From the IMG/VR virus record IMGVR_UViG_2562617113_000016: a stretch of 12,583 nt of DNA. One strand, written 5' to 3'. Both the position numbers and the translations under genes were made by a program. Of this stretch, positions 1 through 7,241 are shown piece by piece. The notes beneath the pieces are model-generated. The model was not told the DNA's origin. It made no database searches and saw only the letters and a program-made list of their open reading frames with translations. The stretch comes from a virus (Duplodnaviria; Heunggongvirae; Uroviricota; Caudoviricetes). Numbering within the stretch: the stretch's first letter is position 1; each line of letters begins with the position of its first letter.

Positions 1-1371
1 TCAGGCTGTCGCAGGGTCGTCACATTTTGGCAGCCAGTCGCCGTAGCTTTCCTCTTTCAGCGTCAGGTTGGTCTGTATCCCCTGTTTGGTATGGCGCTTC
101 TCGTAATTCAGTCCGTATTCCTTCAGCATCACCGGCAGCCCCAGCCCGAACATTTTCAGACTGAGTACATTCCGGTAGCCGTTTGCCTCCATGTAGGCCA
201 GATAGGCGTGATAGAGGTATTTACGGTAATTACGCGGGATGATACTGGCGTTCCCCATATACATGCCGCTGGTCTGCGGCAGGGTTTCCAGATAGCCGAT
301 AAAATCAAACGTCGGGTCGGCATCCCGTTTGATGTTCAGTGCCTCGTCTGAGTTCTGCTGGGACTGAAGCAGTGACCGGGCGAGCATCGGGTCGCTGAAC
401 TTCTGCATCAGGTGACGCACGATGACCGCCAGCTCGCGGGTGATTTTGTCCTTAAGCTGCGGGTCGCGCTCCTGCGGGGCTATCTGTTCCGGGAAGTGAA
501 TAATCACCCGCCGGCGTGACACGCCGCCGCTGCGGTCGGTGAAGCGCATCGGGTTATTGTTCACGGCCAGAATCACCGCCGGGATATGCGTGGAGTACGC
601 ATCCCGGTATTTCGGGTCCACGGACACCGCATCGCCGCCGGTGATGGCCTTGAGTCCGGCACCGTCGCCGCTCCATTTTTCCTGGTCCGGCAGGCGTATC
701 AGTGAGAAGCCAGTTAACGCGGCACGTTCACGCGGGGATTCCAGCGTCTCAATGGTGGCCGACGTGGCGTTATCCTCCCCGGCCAGCAGGGTGGCTATTT
801 CGGCCATGATACTTTTGCCGCTGCCGCCGGGACCGGTCACCTCCAGAAAGAGCTGCCAGTCGTAGCGGTTTGCCAGCACCATAAACAGTGCGGCCAGAAT
901 CACGTCGCGTTTTTCCGCACGGCCACCGGCGGCACGGTCAAGCCAGCGCCAGAACGCGGGGGCGTGGGTCTCCAGCGTTTCACCGTCCACCGGCGGGGTG
1001 AAATCCACATCGCACAGGGTGCGCATCCAGTGTAACGGACTGTGCGGGTGGAACGTGCCGTTCTGCGTGTCGAGCACGCCGTTACGAAAGCCAATCAGGC
1101 GGCGGGAGGGGGCTTCCTGCTGTGGAATAATCAGCTTCAGGGTGTCCACCACGGAGGCCACCTTCCCGGAGGAGAACGGCGCGCGCAGACGCTGAAACAG
1201 CCCGGCCACATCCCGGGCAAAGTCCTGTGGCGGCAGCACCTTCCAGACACCATTTTCATAGCGGGACAGAAGCTGGCCGTTGGCATCGACCGCGAGCGCC
1301 TCACCGTAATGCTCATAGATACGCATGGCCTTTTCGCTGGTACTCATGGCGGAAAACTCTGCTTCGCTCAT
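1..1371 (-). CDS. alpha: P4-type alpha protein, C-terminal helicase/origin-binding portion (ORF downstream of the frameshift)
   Basis: 456-aa ORF; translation matches the C-terminal two thirds of P4 alpha as I recall it, including a P-loop-like GPGGSGKS. Stop codon at 1-3. Open frame continues upstream of the ATG to about 1536. Confidence 0.85.
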   Translation of the reverse strand: MSEAEFSAMSTSEKAMRIYEHYGEALAVDANGQLLSRYENGVWKVLPPQDFARDVAGLFQRLRAPFSSGKVASVVDTLKLIIPQQEAPSRRLIGFRNGVLDTQNGTFHPHSPLHWMRTLCDVDFTPPVDGETLETHAPAFWRWLDRAAGGRAEKRDVILAALFMVLANRYDWQLFLEVTGPGGSGKSIMAEIATLLAGEDNATSATIETLESPRERAALTGFSLIRLPDQEKWSGDGAGLKAITGGDAVSVDPKYRDAYSTHIPAVILAVNNNPMRFTDRSGGVSRRRVIIHFPEQIAPQERDPQLKDKITRELAVIVRHLMQKFSDPMLARSLLQSQQNSDEALNIKRDADPTFDFIGYLETLPQTSGMYMGNASIIPRNYRKYLYHAYLAYMEANGYRNVLSLKMFGLGLPVMLKEYGLNYEKRHTKQGIQTNLTLKEESYGDWLPKCDDPATA

Positions 1372-2333
1372 GGTGTCGAACGGGCTTTCAGCCGGTGGCC
1401 GGATGGCATCGTAAATGGCCTTACGGGTGGCCTCCCCGCCGTACTGCGTGAAGGCATCATTCCAGTCACCGAAGACCGGCGGCAGGGCAACAACGCCCTC
1501 ACACGCATCTGCGGCTGCGGCAGCTTTTTCTGGCCGTCACCGCTGAGGTCACGGTCTGCGGCAAGGACAATCTGACAGGCCGGATGCTTCTGCCGGGCAA
1601 GGCTGGCCAGAGAAAGGAGGTTCACGGAAGAAAGCGCCACCATCACCGTTTCACCGGTCAGGTGATGCACGGTAAGTGCGGTCGCGTATCCCTCCGCTAT
1701 CCACAGACGTTTTCCGGCCTGATTCTGTCCTTCAAGGGTGTGACAGGTGCCCCTGACCTGTCCGCCTTTCAGGGTGCGCTTACGGCCGTCAGCACTGATT
1801 AACTGAAGGTTAACCAGTTCGCCGCTGTCGTCATACAGTGGCACCACAAGGTCACCGGCACGCCAGCTCACGCCACCGGCTCTGTGTGTGCCGGTCAGCA
1901 TCCGGCATTCCCGGCCGGGAAAGCCCTTGCGGGTCAGGTAGGCGTTACCGGTTCCGGGACGGGTTTTCGCCATCAGGGTTTGTGCCAGTGCGGCGGCGTT
2001 CTTCCGGGCAGCGTCTGTTTCAGCAACGGCGGCAGCCGTCACTGCCGGGTCAGCCGGTGGCAGGCTGCCGGTCACGGCAGCCACCTTTGCGGCCGCGTCG
2101 GACGGGGAAACACCAAACACCTTTTCAACCAGTTTCAGGCCGTCACCGGCACCACACTGATTGCAGTACCAGGTGCCGCGCCCCTCCCTGTCATCAAAAC
2201 GGAAGCGGTCACTCCCGCCACAGACCGGACAGGGCTGATGACGGTTTTTCAGCACCTGAATCCCCAGCGCCGGGAGAATACGCGGCCAGTGGCCGAGTGC
2301 ATGGCTGACGGTGGCGGTTACGTTCATTTTCAT
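1368..2333 (-). CDS. alpha: P4-type alpha protein, N-terminal primase portion (zinc-binding CxxC...CxxC plus primase core); last ~51 codons are out of frame
   Basis: 321-aa ORF starting MKMNVTATVSHALGHW with CPVCGG...CNQCG zinc motif. Good RBS (AGGAG) about 9 nt upstream of the ATG at 2331-2333. The tail after GDGQKK looks like frameshifted read-through ending at TGA overlapping the ATG of the downstream ORF. Confidence 0.85.
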   Translation of the reverse strand: MKMNVTATVSHALGHWPRILPALGIQVLKNRHQPCPVCGGSDRFRFDDREGRGTWYCNQCGAGDGLKLVEKVFGVSPSDAAAKVAAVTGSLPPADPAVTAAAVAETDAARKNAAALAQTLMAKTRPGTGNAYLTRKGFPGRECRMLTGTHRAGGVSWRAGDLVVPLYDDSGELVNLQLISADGRKRTLKGGQVRGTCHTLEGQNQAGKRLWIAEGYATALTVHHLTGETVMVALSSVNLLSLASLARQKHPACQIVLAADRDLSGDGQKKLPQPQMRVRALLPCRRSSVTGMMPSRSTAGRPPVRPFTMPSGHRLKARSTP

Positions 2334-2347
2334 GGTGTTGTTCTCCT

Positions 2348-2668
2348 TCAGTGCAGTACCGGCGCTTTTATGTGACGGGCACAGAGTTCATCCATCACAA
2401 CCAGCCCGAGAAAGGACAGCGACGGCGCGGCCTTCAGGGGGCCGGATTCCATTAAATCTTCCAGCAGGGCACAGGCTATCTGACGCCCTTTTTCCTCACC
2501 GTGCTGGCGCAGATAAAAGCCTTCCAGCTCAGCGGCGATGGCCGCCTCCAGTGACTCAAGGGTGAGATGCGGGTAGCGGTGCTGACGTTCGCACACGGTC
2601 AGCCAGGCACAGGCGACAGCGCGACGGTAAAGGGCAGCGCGTAAGACGGGCGGTAAGGGTGTTTTCAT
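2348..2668 (-). CDS. hypothetical protein, P4 left-operon orf106-like
   Basis: 106-aa ORF directly upstream of alpha; GGAGG RBS 7 nt upstream of the ATG at 2666-2668; same strand and tight spacing as the alpha operon. Confidence 0.6.
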
Positions 2669-2803
2669 TTGCTTTCCTCCCTGTGACAGATGACTGCATT
2701 CCGTGCCGGTTGCATTAACTGATAAGGCATATCTGCGTCTCCTGAAGACGTGCGTATCCCTGCGCGAATACGCACATTTAATTTTTCGGGTGTCGTTTTT
2801 TAA

Positions 2804-3259
2804 TTACAGATAATTGCGGTAACTGTTATCCGGGGTGGTTTCCGGGTCAGGCTCCGTGCGGGGAATTTCCCGCCATTCCCGCGCTACCGGTGCTGCCCGG
2901 CTGACCGGAACAGTGTCCTGCGGGTAAATATCCAGATATTTCTCCCGCCATTTCTGTAATTCCGGGTCTCCGGCCATTTCTTTCAGTACCGCATGCCGGT
3001 TTACGGGGCTGCGTTTAAACAGGTCAGGACGGTCACAGGTAAATTCCCGCAGAAAACGCCCCAGCGGGATGTCTGTGGTGCGCCCGTCGGCGAGGATACG
3101 CACAAGGATACTGAATTTACGGCGGTACGGATTCCAGACAATGTCCGGGCAGCGGTACGGCATTTCCCACGGAATACCGTCTTCCAGAATGCCGACCACG
3201 GCCACATCGGGAAAACCGGCAGAACGGTAAATCTCACCGGGCTGGGGAAAATCAAACAT
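2804..3259 (-). CDS. hypothetical protein, P4 left-operon orf151-like
   Basis: 151-aa ORF; start overlaps the stop of the upstream ORF by 8 nt (translational coupling). Confidence 0.6.
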   Translation of the reverse strand: MFDFPQPGEIYRSAGFPDVAVVGILEDGIPWEMPYRCPDIVWNPYRRKFSILVRILADGRTTDIPLGRFLREFTCDRPDLFKRSPVNRHAVLKEMAGDPELQKWREKYLDIYPQDTVPVSRAAPVAREWREIPRTEPDPETTPDNSYRNYL

Positions 3260-3539
3260 GCGTCCTGTCTCCCCGGTCTTTCTGCTGGGCGAGAAAATCG
3301 CGGCACAGGCCTTTGGCTTTCAGCTCATTCAGCACAAAATCAATATCTTCATTCAGGTAGCTGAAAATATGCGGAATGTAGAGCTGATGCAGGCCGGAGA
3401 GTTCACGGTGAATCAAATCACCCCCAACAAACTGGGATACGGCGCTGGCGCGGTTGAGCTTATGGTAAGCCTCAATGCTGAGGTGTTCACGGGCGTCATG
3501 ACGCGCTGAGACGGTCTGAGGGGCTTTTTTATTACGCAT
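3252..3539 (-). CDS. small 95-aa protein, candidate P4 epsilon-like (helper derepression) protein
   Basis: Internal ATG at 3537-3539 of the longer track ORF 3252..3779, preceded by a strong SD (GGAGGTG, about 5 nt spacing). The upstream 80 codons of the track ORF look non-protein-like. Size and position match epsilon in P4; identity by recall only. Confidence 0.45.
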   Translation of the reverse strand: MRNKKAPQTVSARHDAREHLSIEAYHKLNRASAVSQFVGGDLIHRELSGLHQLYIPHIFSYLNEDIDFVLNELKAKGLCRDFLAQQKDRGDRTHV

Positions 3540-3729
3540 GAGACACCTCCACCACCGGCAGACGGGCAGCAAGGGAGAGCACATAGTCACGGACAAGGGA
3601 ACGGCGGGCGCTGCGTTCATCACCGGCGACGGTGCGAAGCATACAGATACGGGGATGACGGTCTGCGCGACGGACAGCCGCAAACACAAAGACAAATTCA
3701 GGGTGTGAGGGGGTAAGGGTCGTAGCCAT
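3532..3729 (-). CDS. small 65-aa protein, first gene after the immunity leader (kil-like position)
   Basis: ATG at 3727-3729 with strong SD GGAGGT and 6-nt spacer; lies in the frame of track ORF 3532..4167, whose N-terminal region I interpret as leader. Alternative starts at 3906 or 3936 have poor RBS. Confidence 0.4.
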   Translation of the reverse strand: MATTLTPSHPEFVFVFAAVRRADRHPRICMLRTVAGDERSARRSLVRDYVLSLAARLPVVEVSHA

Positions 3730-3739
3730 AAGGCAACCT

Positions 3740-4046
3740 CCGATAACAGCGTAAATGACGCTATCGCCGGAGTTCTCACGCTCGATGGCGATAGCCCAGA
3801 CGGGGGTGAGAATACCGGCGTTATCGGAAACCGGCCAGCCCGGAGGCTGCCCCGCCTGAGCTACCATTGACTCAGTGGCATAACATGCGATTGCGAACAG
3901 GATCATACCTGCACGGCAAACCACACGCCACACCATAATCTGGTGCTCTGTGGCGTTGATTGCGACACAAAAAAAGACGCATGGCGCGTCATATGTCGCC
4001 GATAACATACTCGGGTTCTCACGCCCGGCTGCCGATTTTGCGGCAG
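3740..4046 (-). ncRNA. candidate P4-type immunity leader (cI-RNA-like region with seqA/seqB/seqC-like complementary elements)
   Basis: Direct repeats GCGTGAGAAC (4015-4024 and 3772-3781, minus strand) and GTTATCGG (3999-4006 and 3740-3747), with a segment between them (3804-3827) complementary to both. The downstream copy overlaps the SD of the 65-aa ORF. Hairpin plus T7 run at 3969-3990. Confidence 0.35.
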
Positions 4047-4083
4047 CGGAAAAACTATATCCGCAAATGCCGGAAAAAGGCAA
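4047..4083 (-). promoter_or_regulatory. candidate sigma70 promoter (PLE-like) for the left operon
   Basis: Minus strand TTGCCT (4078-4083), 18-bp spacer, TATAGT (4054-4059), immediately downstream of the vis-like gene. Confidence 0.4.
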
Positions 4084-4118
4084 GCCAGAAAAAGGGAGTT
4101 TTTGCAGAGCGGGCATCA

Positions 4119-4385
4119 TCATGCGTCGTACCCCCGTTTGCGTCCGGCAATGCGTCCGGCCATCCATGCGGTGACTTCAGAGTGCAGCCAGGCCACATTT
4201 TTACCGCCAAGACTCACCTGCGGCGGAAATTCCCCCTTACGGATGAGTTCATAGATGGTCGAGCGTGACAGGCCGCACAGGTGCATCACTTCCGGCAGAC
4301 GTAAAAAACGCTCCTGCGTGATGTCCGGCAGCGGCATCAGTGGCGTCACAGGGGCGGGAGACGGGGAAGAAAAAACAGCTTGCAT
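4119..4385 (-). CDS. AlpA/Vis-family HTH DNA-binding protein (P4 orf88/vis-like regulator or excisionase)
   Basis: 88-aa ORF with the AlpA-family signature RLPEV...[17 protein letters not shown]...W..SEV; GAGGT RBS about 8 nt upstream of the ATG. Confidence 0.75.
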   Translation of the reverse strand: MQAVFSSPSPAPVTPLMPLPDITQERFLRLPEVMHLCGLSRSTIYELIRKGEFPPQVSLGGKNVAWLHSEVTAWMAGRIAGRKRGYDA

Positions 4386-4439
4386 CGGGCTACCTCGTTA
4401 ATGTCCATACAGCACCGGATAAGTCCGTCCGGCTTCGGG

Positions 4440-4505
4440 TAGCGCTTTATTTTGTGAATATTTTTGGCAGACGCAACAGGGGGGATTTGTTCCGGCAGCC
4501 TTACA
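4440..4505 (-). promoter_or_regulatory. candidate Delta/Ogr-activated late promoter (PLL-like) driving the vis-like gene
   Basis: TGT-N12-ACA dyad at 4488-4505 (TGTtccggcagccttACA); a start about 55 bp downstream on the minus strand would fall near 4441. Confidence 0.45.
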
Positions 4506-4530
4506 ATGACTGTGTGTTTTTTGTTCATTC

Positions 4531-4560
4531 CCACTTAAAGTCATTTAAAGCCACTTAAAG
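4531..4560. repeat. three tandem 10-bp repeats (C/T)CA(C/T)TTAAAG
   Basis: CCACTTAAAG TCATTTAAAG CCACTTAAAG, helically phased, between the PLL-like dyad and the iteron cluster. Confidence 0.6.
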
Positions 4561-4664
4561 CAATTCGTAATTTTTATAGTGAAATACAAATCGTTTCTTC
4601 TTATTCATTCACAGCGAATTAATAAAAACAAACAGTAGTAAACAGCACAAAAAGTCCATGAGCG

Positions 4665-4768
4665 GGTGAACAGTGGTGAACAGACGGTGAACAGTCATTA
4701 CTGCGATTGTTCACCCTTTAACTTACTGTATTACTTATCTTTTTTTTATGGTGAACAGAGGTGAACAG
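4665..4768. repeat. iteron cluster of P4 type I (TGTTCACC / GGTGAACA) alpha-binding repeats; candidate ori
   Basis: GGTGAACAG at 4665-4673, 4675-4683, 4686-4694, 4750-4758 and 4760-4768, plus an inverted copy TGTTCACC at 4708-4715; 10-11 bp spacing; flanked by A-rich tracts. Confidence 0.6.
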
Positions 4769-4849
4769 TAAAATATAAAAAAAAACAAACAGTAAGCCGG
4801 TTTTTCCTGCGACCTTTTCCTGGCTTGCCGGTCTGAGGATGAGTCTCCT

Positions 4850-4915
4850 GTGTCAGGACTGGCACATCTGCAATGCGTCGTGTTGTTGTCCGGTGTACGT
4901 CACAATTTTCTTAAT
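4850..4915 (+). promoter_or_regulatory. candidate Delta/Ogr-activated late promoter (Psid-like)
   Basis: TGT-N12-ACA dyad at 4850-4867 (TGTgtcaggactggcACA), about 55 bp upstream of a plausible start near 4913; sid ATG at 4939. Confidence 0.5.
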
Positions 4916-4938
4916 CTGAAGTGACGAGGAGCCGGAAA

Positions 4939-5673
4939 ATGTCTGACAACACCATCCCTGAATATCTGCAACCCGCACTGGCACAACTGGAAAAGGCCAG
5001 AGCCGCCCATCTTGAGAACGCCCGACTGATGGATGAGACCGTCAAGGCCATTGAACGGGCAGAGCAGGAAAAAAATGCGCTGGCGCAGGCCGACGGAAAT
5101 GACGCTGATGACTGGCGCACAGCCTTTCGTGCAGCCGGTGGTGTCCTGAGCGACGAGCTGAAACAGCGCCACATTGAGCGCGTGGCACGCCGGGAGCTGG
5201 TACAGGAATATGACAATCTGGCCGTGGTGCTGAATTTTGAACGTGAACGCCTGAAAGGGGCGTGTGACAGCACGGCCACCGCCTACCGGAAGGCACATCA
5301 TCACCTGCTGAGTCTGTATGCAGAGCATGAGCTGGAACACGCCCTGAATGAAACCTGTGAGGCGCTTGTCCGGGCAATGCATCTGAGCATTCTGGTACAG
5401 GAAAATCCGCTCGCCAACACCACCGGCCATCAGGGCTACGTCGCACCGGAAAAGGCTGTCATGCAGCAGGTGAAATCATCGCTGGAACAGAAAATAAAAC
5501 AGATGCAAATCAGCCTCACCGGTGAGCCGGTTCTCCGGCTGACCGGACTGTCAGCGGCAACACTCCCGCACATGGATTATGAGGTGGCAGGCACACCGGC
5601 ACAGCGCAAGGTGTGGCAGGACAAAATAGACCAGCAGGGAGCAGAGCTTAAGGCCAGAGGACTGCTGTCATGA
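4939..5673 (+). CDS. sid: Sid, capsid size determination (external scaffold) protein
   Basis: 244 aa from ATG 4939 (MSDNTIPEYLQ...) with GAGGAG RBS. The track ORF starts at an upstream GTG (4921). Size and gene order sid-delta-psu match P4. Confidence 0.85.
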   Translation: MSDNTIPEYLQPALAQLEKARAAHLENARLMDETVKAIERAEQEKNALAQADGNDADDWRTAFRAAGGVLSDELKQRHIERVARRELVQEYDNLAVVLNFERERLKGACDSTATAYRKAHHHLLSLYAEHELEHALNETCEALVRAMHLSILVQENPLANTTGHQGYVAPEKAVMQQVKSSLEQKIKQMQISLTGEPVLRLTGLSAATLPHMDYEVAGTPAQRKVWQDKIDQQGAELKARGLLS

Positions 5674-6170
5674 TTTACTGCCCGTCGTGTGGACATGTTG
5701 CTCACACCCGTCGCGCACATTTCATGGACGATGGCACCAAGATAATGATTGCACAGTGCCGGAATATTTATTGCTCTGCGACATTTGAAGCGAGTGAAAG
5801 CTTTTTCTCTGACAGTAAAGATTCAGGAATGGAATACATTTCAGGCAAACAGAGATACCGCGATTCACTGACGTCAGCCTCCGGCAGTATGAAACGCCCG
5901 AAAAGAATGCTTGTTACCGGATATTGTTGTCGGAGATGTAAAGGCCTTGCACTGTCAAGAACATCGCGGCGTCTGTCTCAGGAAGTCACCGAGCGTTTTT
6001 ATGTGTGCACGGATCCGGGCTGTGGTCTGGTGTTTAAAACGCTTCAGACCATCAACCGTTTCATTGTCCGCCCGGTCACGCCGGACGAACTGGCAGAAAG
6101 CCTGCATGAAAAACAGGAACTGCCGCCAGTACGCTTAAAAACACAATCATATTCGCTGCGTCTGGAATGA
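5670..6170 (+). CDS. delta: Delta, Ogr-family zinc-finger late transcription activator (tandem Ogr-like domains)
   Basis: 166 aa; two Cys4 clusters (CPSCG...C..IYC and CCRRC...C.DPGC); ATGA overlap with the sid stop. Confidence 0.85.
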   Translation: MIYCPSCGHVAHTRRAHFMDDGTKIMIAQCRNIYCSATFEASESFFSDSKDSGMEYISGKQRYRDSLTSASGSMKRPKRMLVTGYCCRRCKGLALSRTSRRLSQEVTERFYVCTDPGCGLVFKTLQTINRFIVRPVTPDELAESLHEKQELPPVRLKTQSYSLRLE

Positions 6171-6243
6171 GGGCTGCCGGTTAACACCGGCCGTCGCCGC
6201 ACACCGTATTTTTATTCTTCAGCATGATGAGAAAGAGATAACG

Positions 6244-6816
6244 ATGGAAAGCACAGCCTTACAGCAGGCCTTTGACACCTGTCAGAATAACAAAGCAGCA
6301 TGGCTGCAACGCAAAAATGAGCTGGCAGCGGCCGAACAGGAATATCTGCGGCTTCTGTCAGGAGAAGGCAGAAACGTCAGTCGCCTGGACGAATTACGCA
6401 ATATTATCGAAGTCAGAAAATGGCAGGTGAATCAGGCCGCTGGTCGTTATATTCGTTCGCATGAAGTCGTTCAGCACATCAGCATCCGCGACCGGCTGAA
6501 TGATTTTATGCAGCAGCACGGCACAGCACTGGCGGCGGCACTGGCACCGGAGCTGATGGGCTACAGTGAGCTGACGGCCATTGCCCGAAACTGTGCCATA
6601 CAGCGTGCCACAGATGCCCTGCGTGAAGCCCTTCTGTCCTGGCTTGCGAAGGGTGAAAAAATTAATTATTCCGTACAGGATAGCGACATTTTAACGGCCA
6701 TCGGATTCAGGCCTGACGCGGCTTCGGTGGATGACAGCCGTGAAAAATTCACCCCTGCGCAGAACATGATTTTTTCGCGTAAAAGTGCGCAACTGGCATC
6801 ACGTCAGTCTGTGTAA
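6244..6816 (+). CDS. psu: Psu, polarity suppression / capsid decoration protein
   Basis: 190-aa ORF following delta; size and position as in P4. Confidence 0.85.
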   Translation: MESTALQQAFDTCQNNKAAWLQRKNELAAAEQEYLRLLSGEGRNVSRLDELRNIIEVRKWQVNQAAGRYIRSHEVVQHISIRDRLNDFMQQHGTALAAALAPELMGYSELTAIARNCAIQRATDALREALLSWLAKGEKINYSVQDSDILTAIGFRPDAASVDDSREKFTPAQNMIFSRKSAQLASRQSV

Positions 6817-6851
6817 AATTCCCCGAAAATCCGCCCGTTTTTACTGAAAAA

Positions 6852-6880
6852 AGCCATGCATCGATAAGGTGCATGGCTTT
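6852..6880 (+). terminator. candidate intrinsic terminator after psu
   Basis: 9-bp stem AGCCATGCA / TGCATGGCT with 9-nt loop, followed by TTTGCATGCGTTT. Confidence 0.45.
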
Positions 6881-6980
6881 GCATGCGTTTCCCTGCCTCA
6901 TTTTCTGCAAACCGCGCCATTCCCGGCGCGGTCTGAGCGTGTCAGTGCAACTGCATTAAAACCGCCCCGCAAAGCGGGCG

Positions 6981-6999
6981 GGCGAGGCGGGGAAAGCAC
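6981..6999. other. cos: P2/P4 cos site (19-nt cohesive-end sequence)
   Basis: GGCGAGGCGGGGAAAGCAC matches the P2/P4 cohesive-end sequence as I recall it; sits in a GC-rich dyad context just downstream of psu, as in P4. Confidence 0.75.
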
Positions 7000-7170
7000 T
7001 GCGCGCTTACTTAGATGCGTGAATTTATTTATATCACTGAAGTATATCCCTAAGCTCATTTCTCAAAGGGCCTATGGTTGCACAAGGTTGTACCATGGCA
7101 TTCAAAACTTTTTAAACCAAGAATGACAATTTCATTATTAGGCCGGAATAGTTACTAATTTTAGTATAGG

Positions 7171-7199
7171 TTGCGATTGTTTAACGCATTTTTTATTAT
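7171..7199 (+). promoter_or_regulatory. candidate sigma70 promoter for the first cargo gene
   Basis: TTGCGA (7171-7176), 17-bp spacer, TATTAT (7194-7199) in AT-rich DNA upstream of the 434-aa ORF; several alternative hexamers exist nearby. Confidence 0.3.
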
Positions 7200-7241
7200 G
7201 ATGCAGATTTTATTATTACTAATGGGGTGCAAAAAACACGT

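Larger units (their letters stand above)
1..2333 (-). pseudogene. alpha: alpha primase-helicase interrupted by an apparent -1 frameshift in an A5/T5 run (1525-1529)
   Basis: Two consecutive ORFs in different frames together reconstruct a roughly 776-aa alpha-like protein if one base is restored in the homopolymer. Both frames are open across 1368-1536. Confidence 0.6.

Noticed and set aside
91-1575. Plus-strand ORFs of 65-177 aa overlapping alpha (91..351, 539..865, 998..1195, 1042..1575, 1227..1451)
   Set aside because: Antisense to a well-supported coding region in GC-rich DNA, where long spurious ORFs are common; arginine- and proline-rich low-complexity translations; no RBS context.
3252-3779. 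Full 175-aa minus-strand ORF
   Set aside because: The first 80 codons ([26 protein letters not shown]...) are low-complexity and overlap the 65-aa gene in another frame; a strong SD precedes the internal ATG at 3539, giving a 95-aa protein.
3532-4167. Full 211-aa minus-strand ORF as a single gene
   Set aside because: Its N-terminal 140 codons cover the vis 3' end, the PLE-like promoter and the leader hairpins and terminator; only the last 65 codons have a strong SD (GGAGGT). The leader is better explained as non-coding immunity RNA.
4900-5446. Minus-strand ORFs (176, 122 and 134 aa) antisense to sid
   Set aside because: Overlap the sid coding region on the opposite strand; compositionally biased translations; sid has clear RBS and P4 gene order.
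6174-6189. Short palindrome GCCGGTTAACACCGGC between delta and psu as a terminator
   Set aside because: Only a 6-bp stem and not directly followed by a U-run; delta and psu are co-transcribed in P4; at most a weak attenuator.
6869-7126. 85-aa plus-strand ORF spanning the cos site
   Set aside because: Crosses the cos sequence and the composition boundary; no RBS; cos is a DNA site, not coding.
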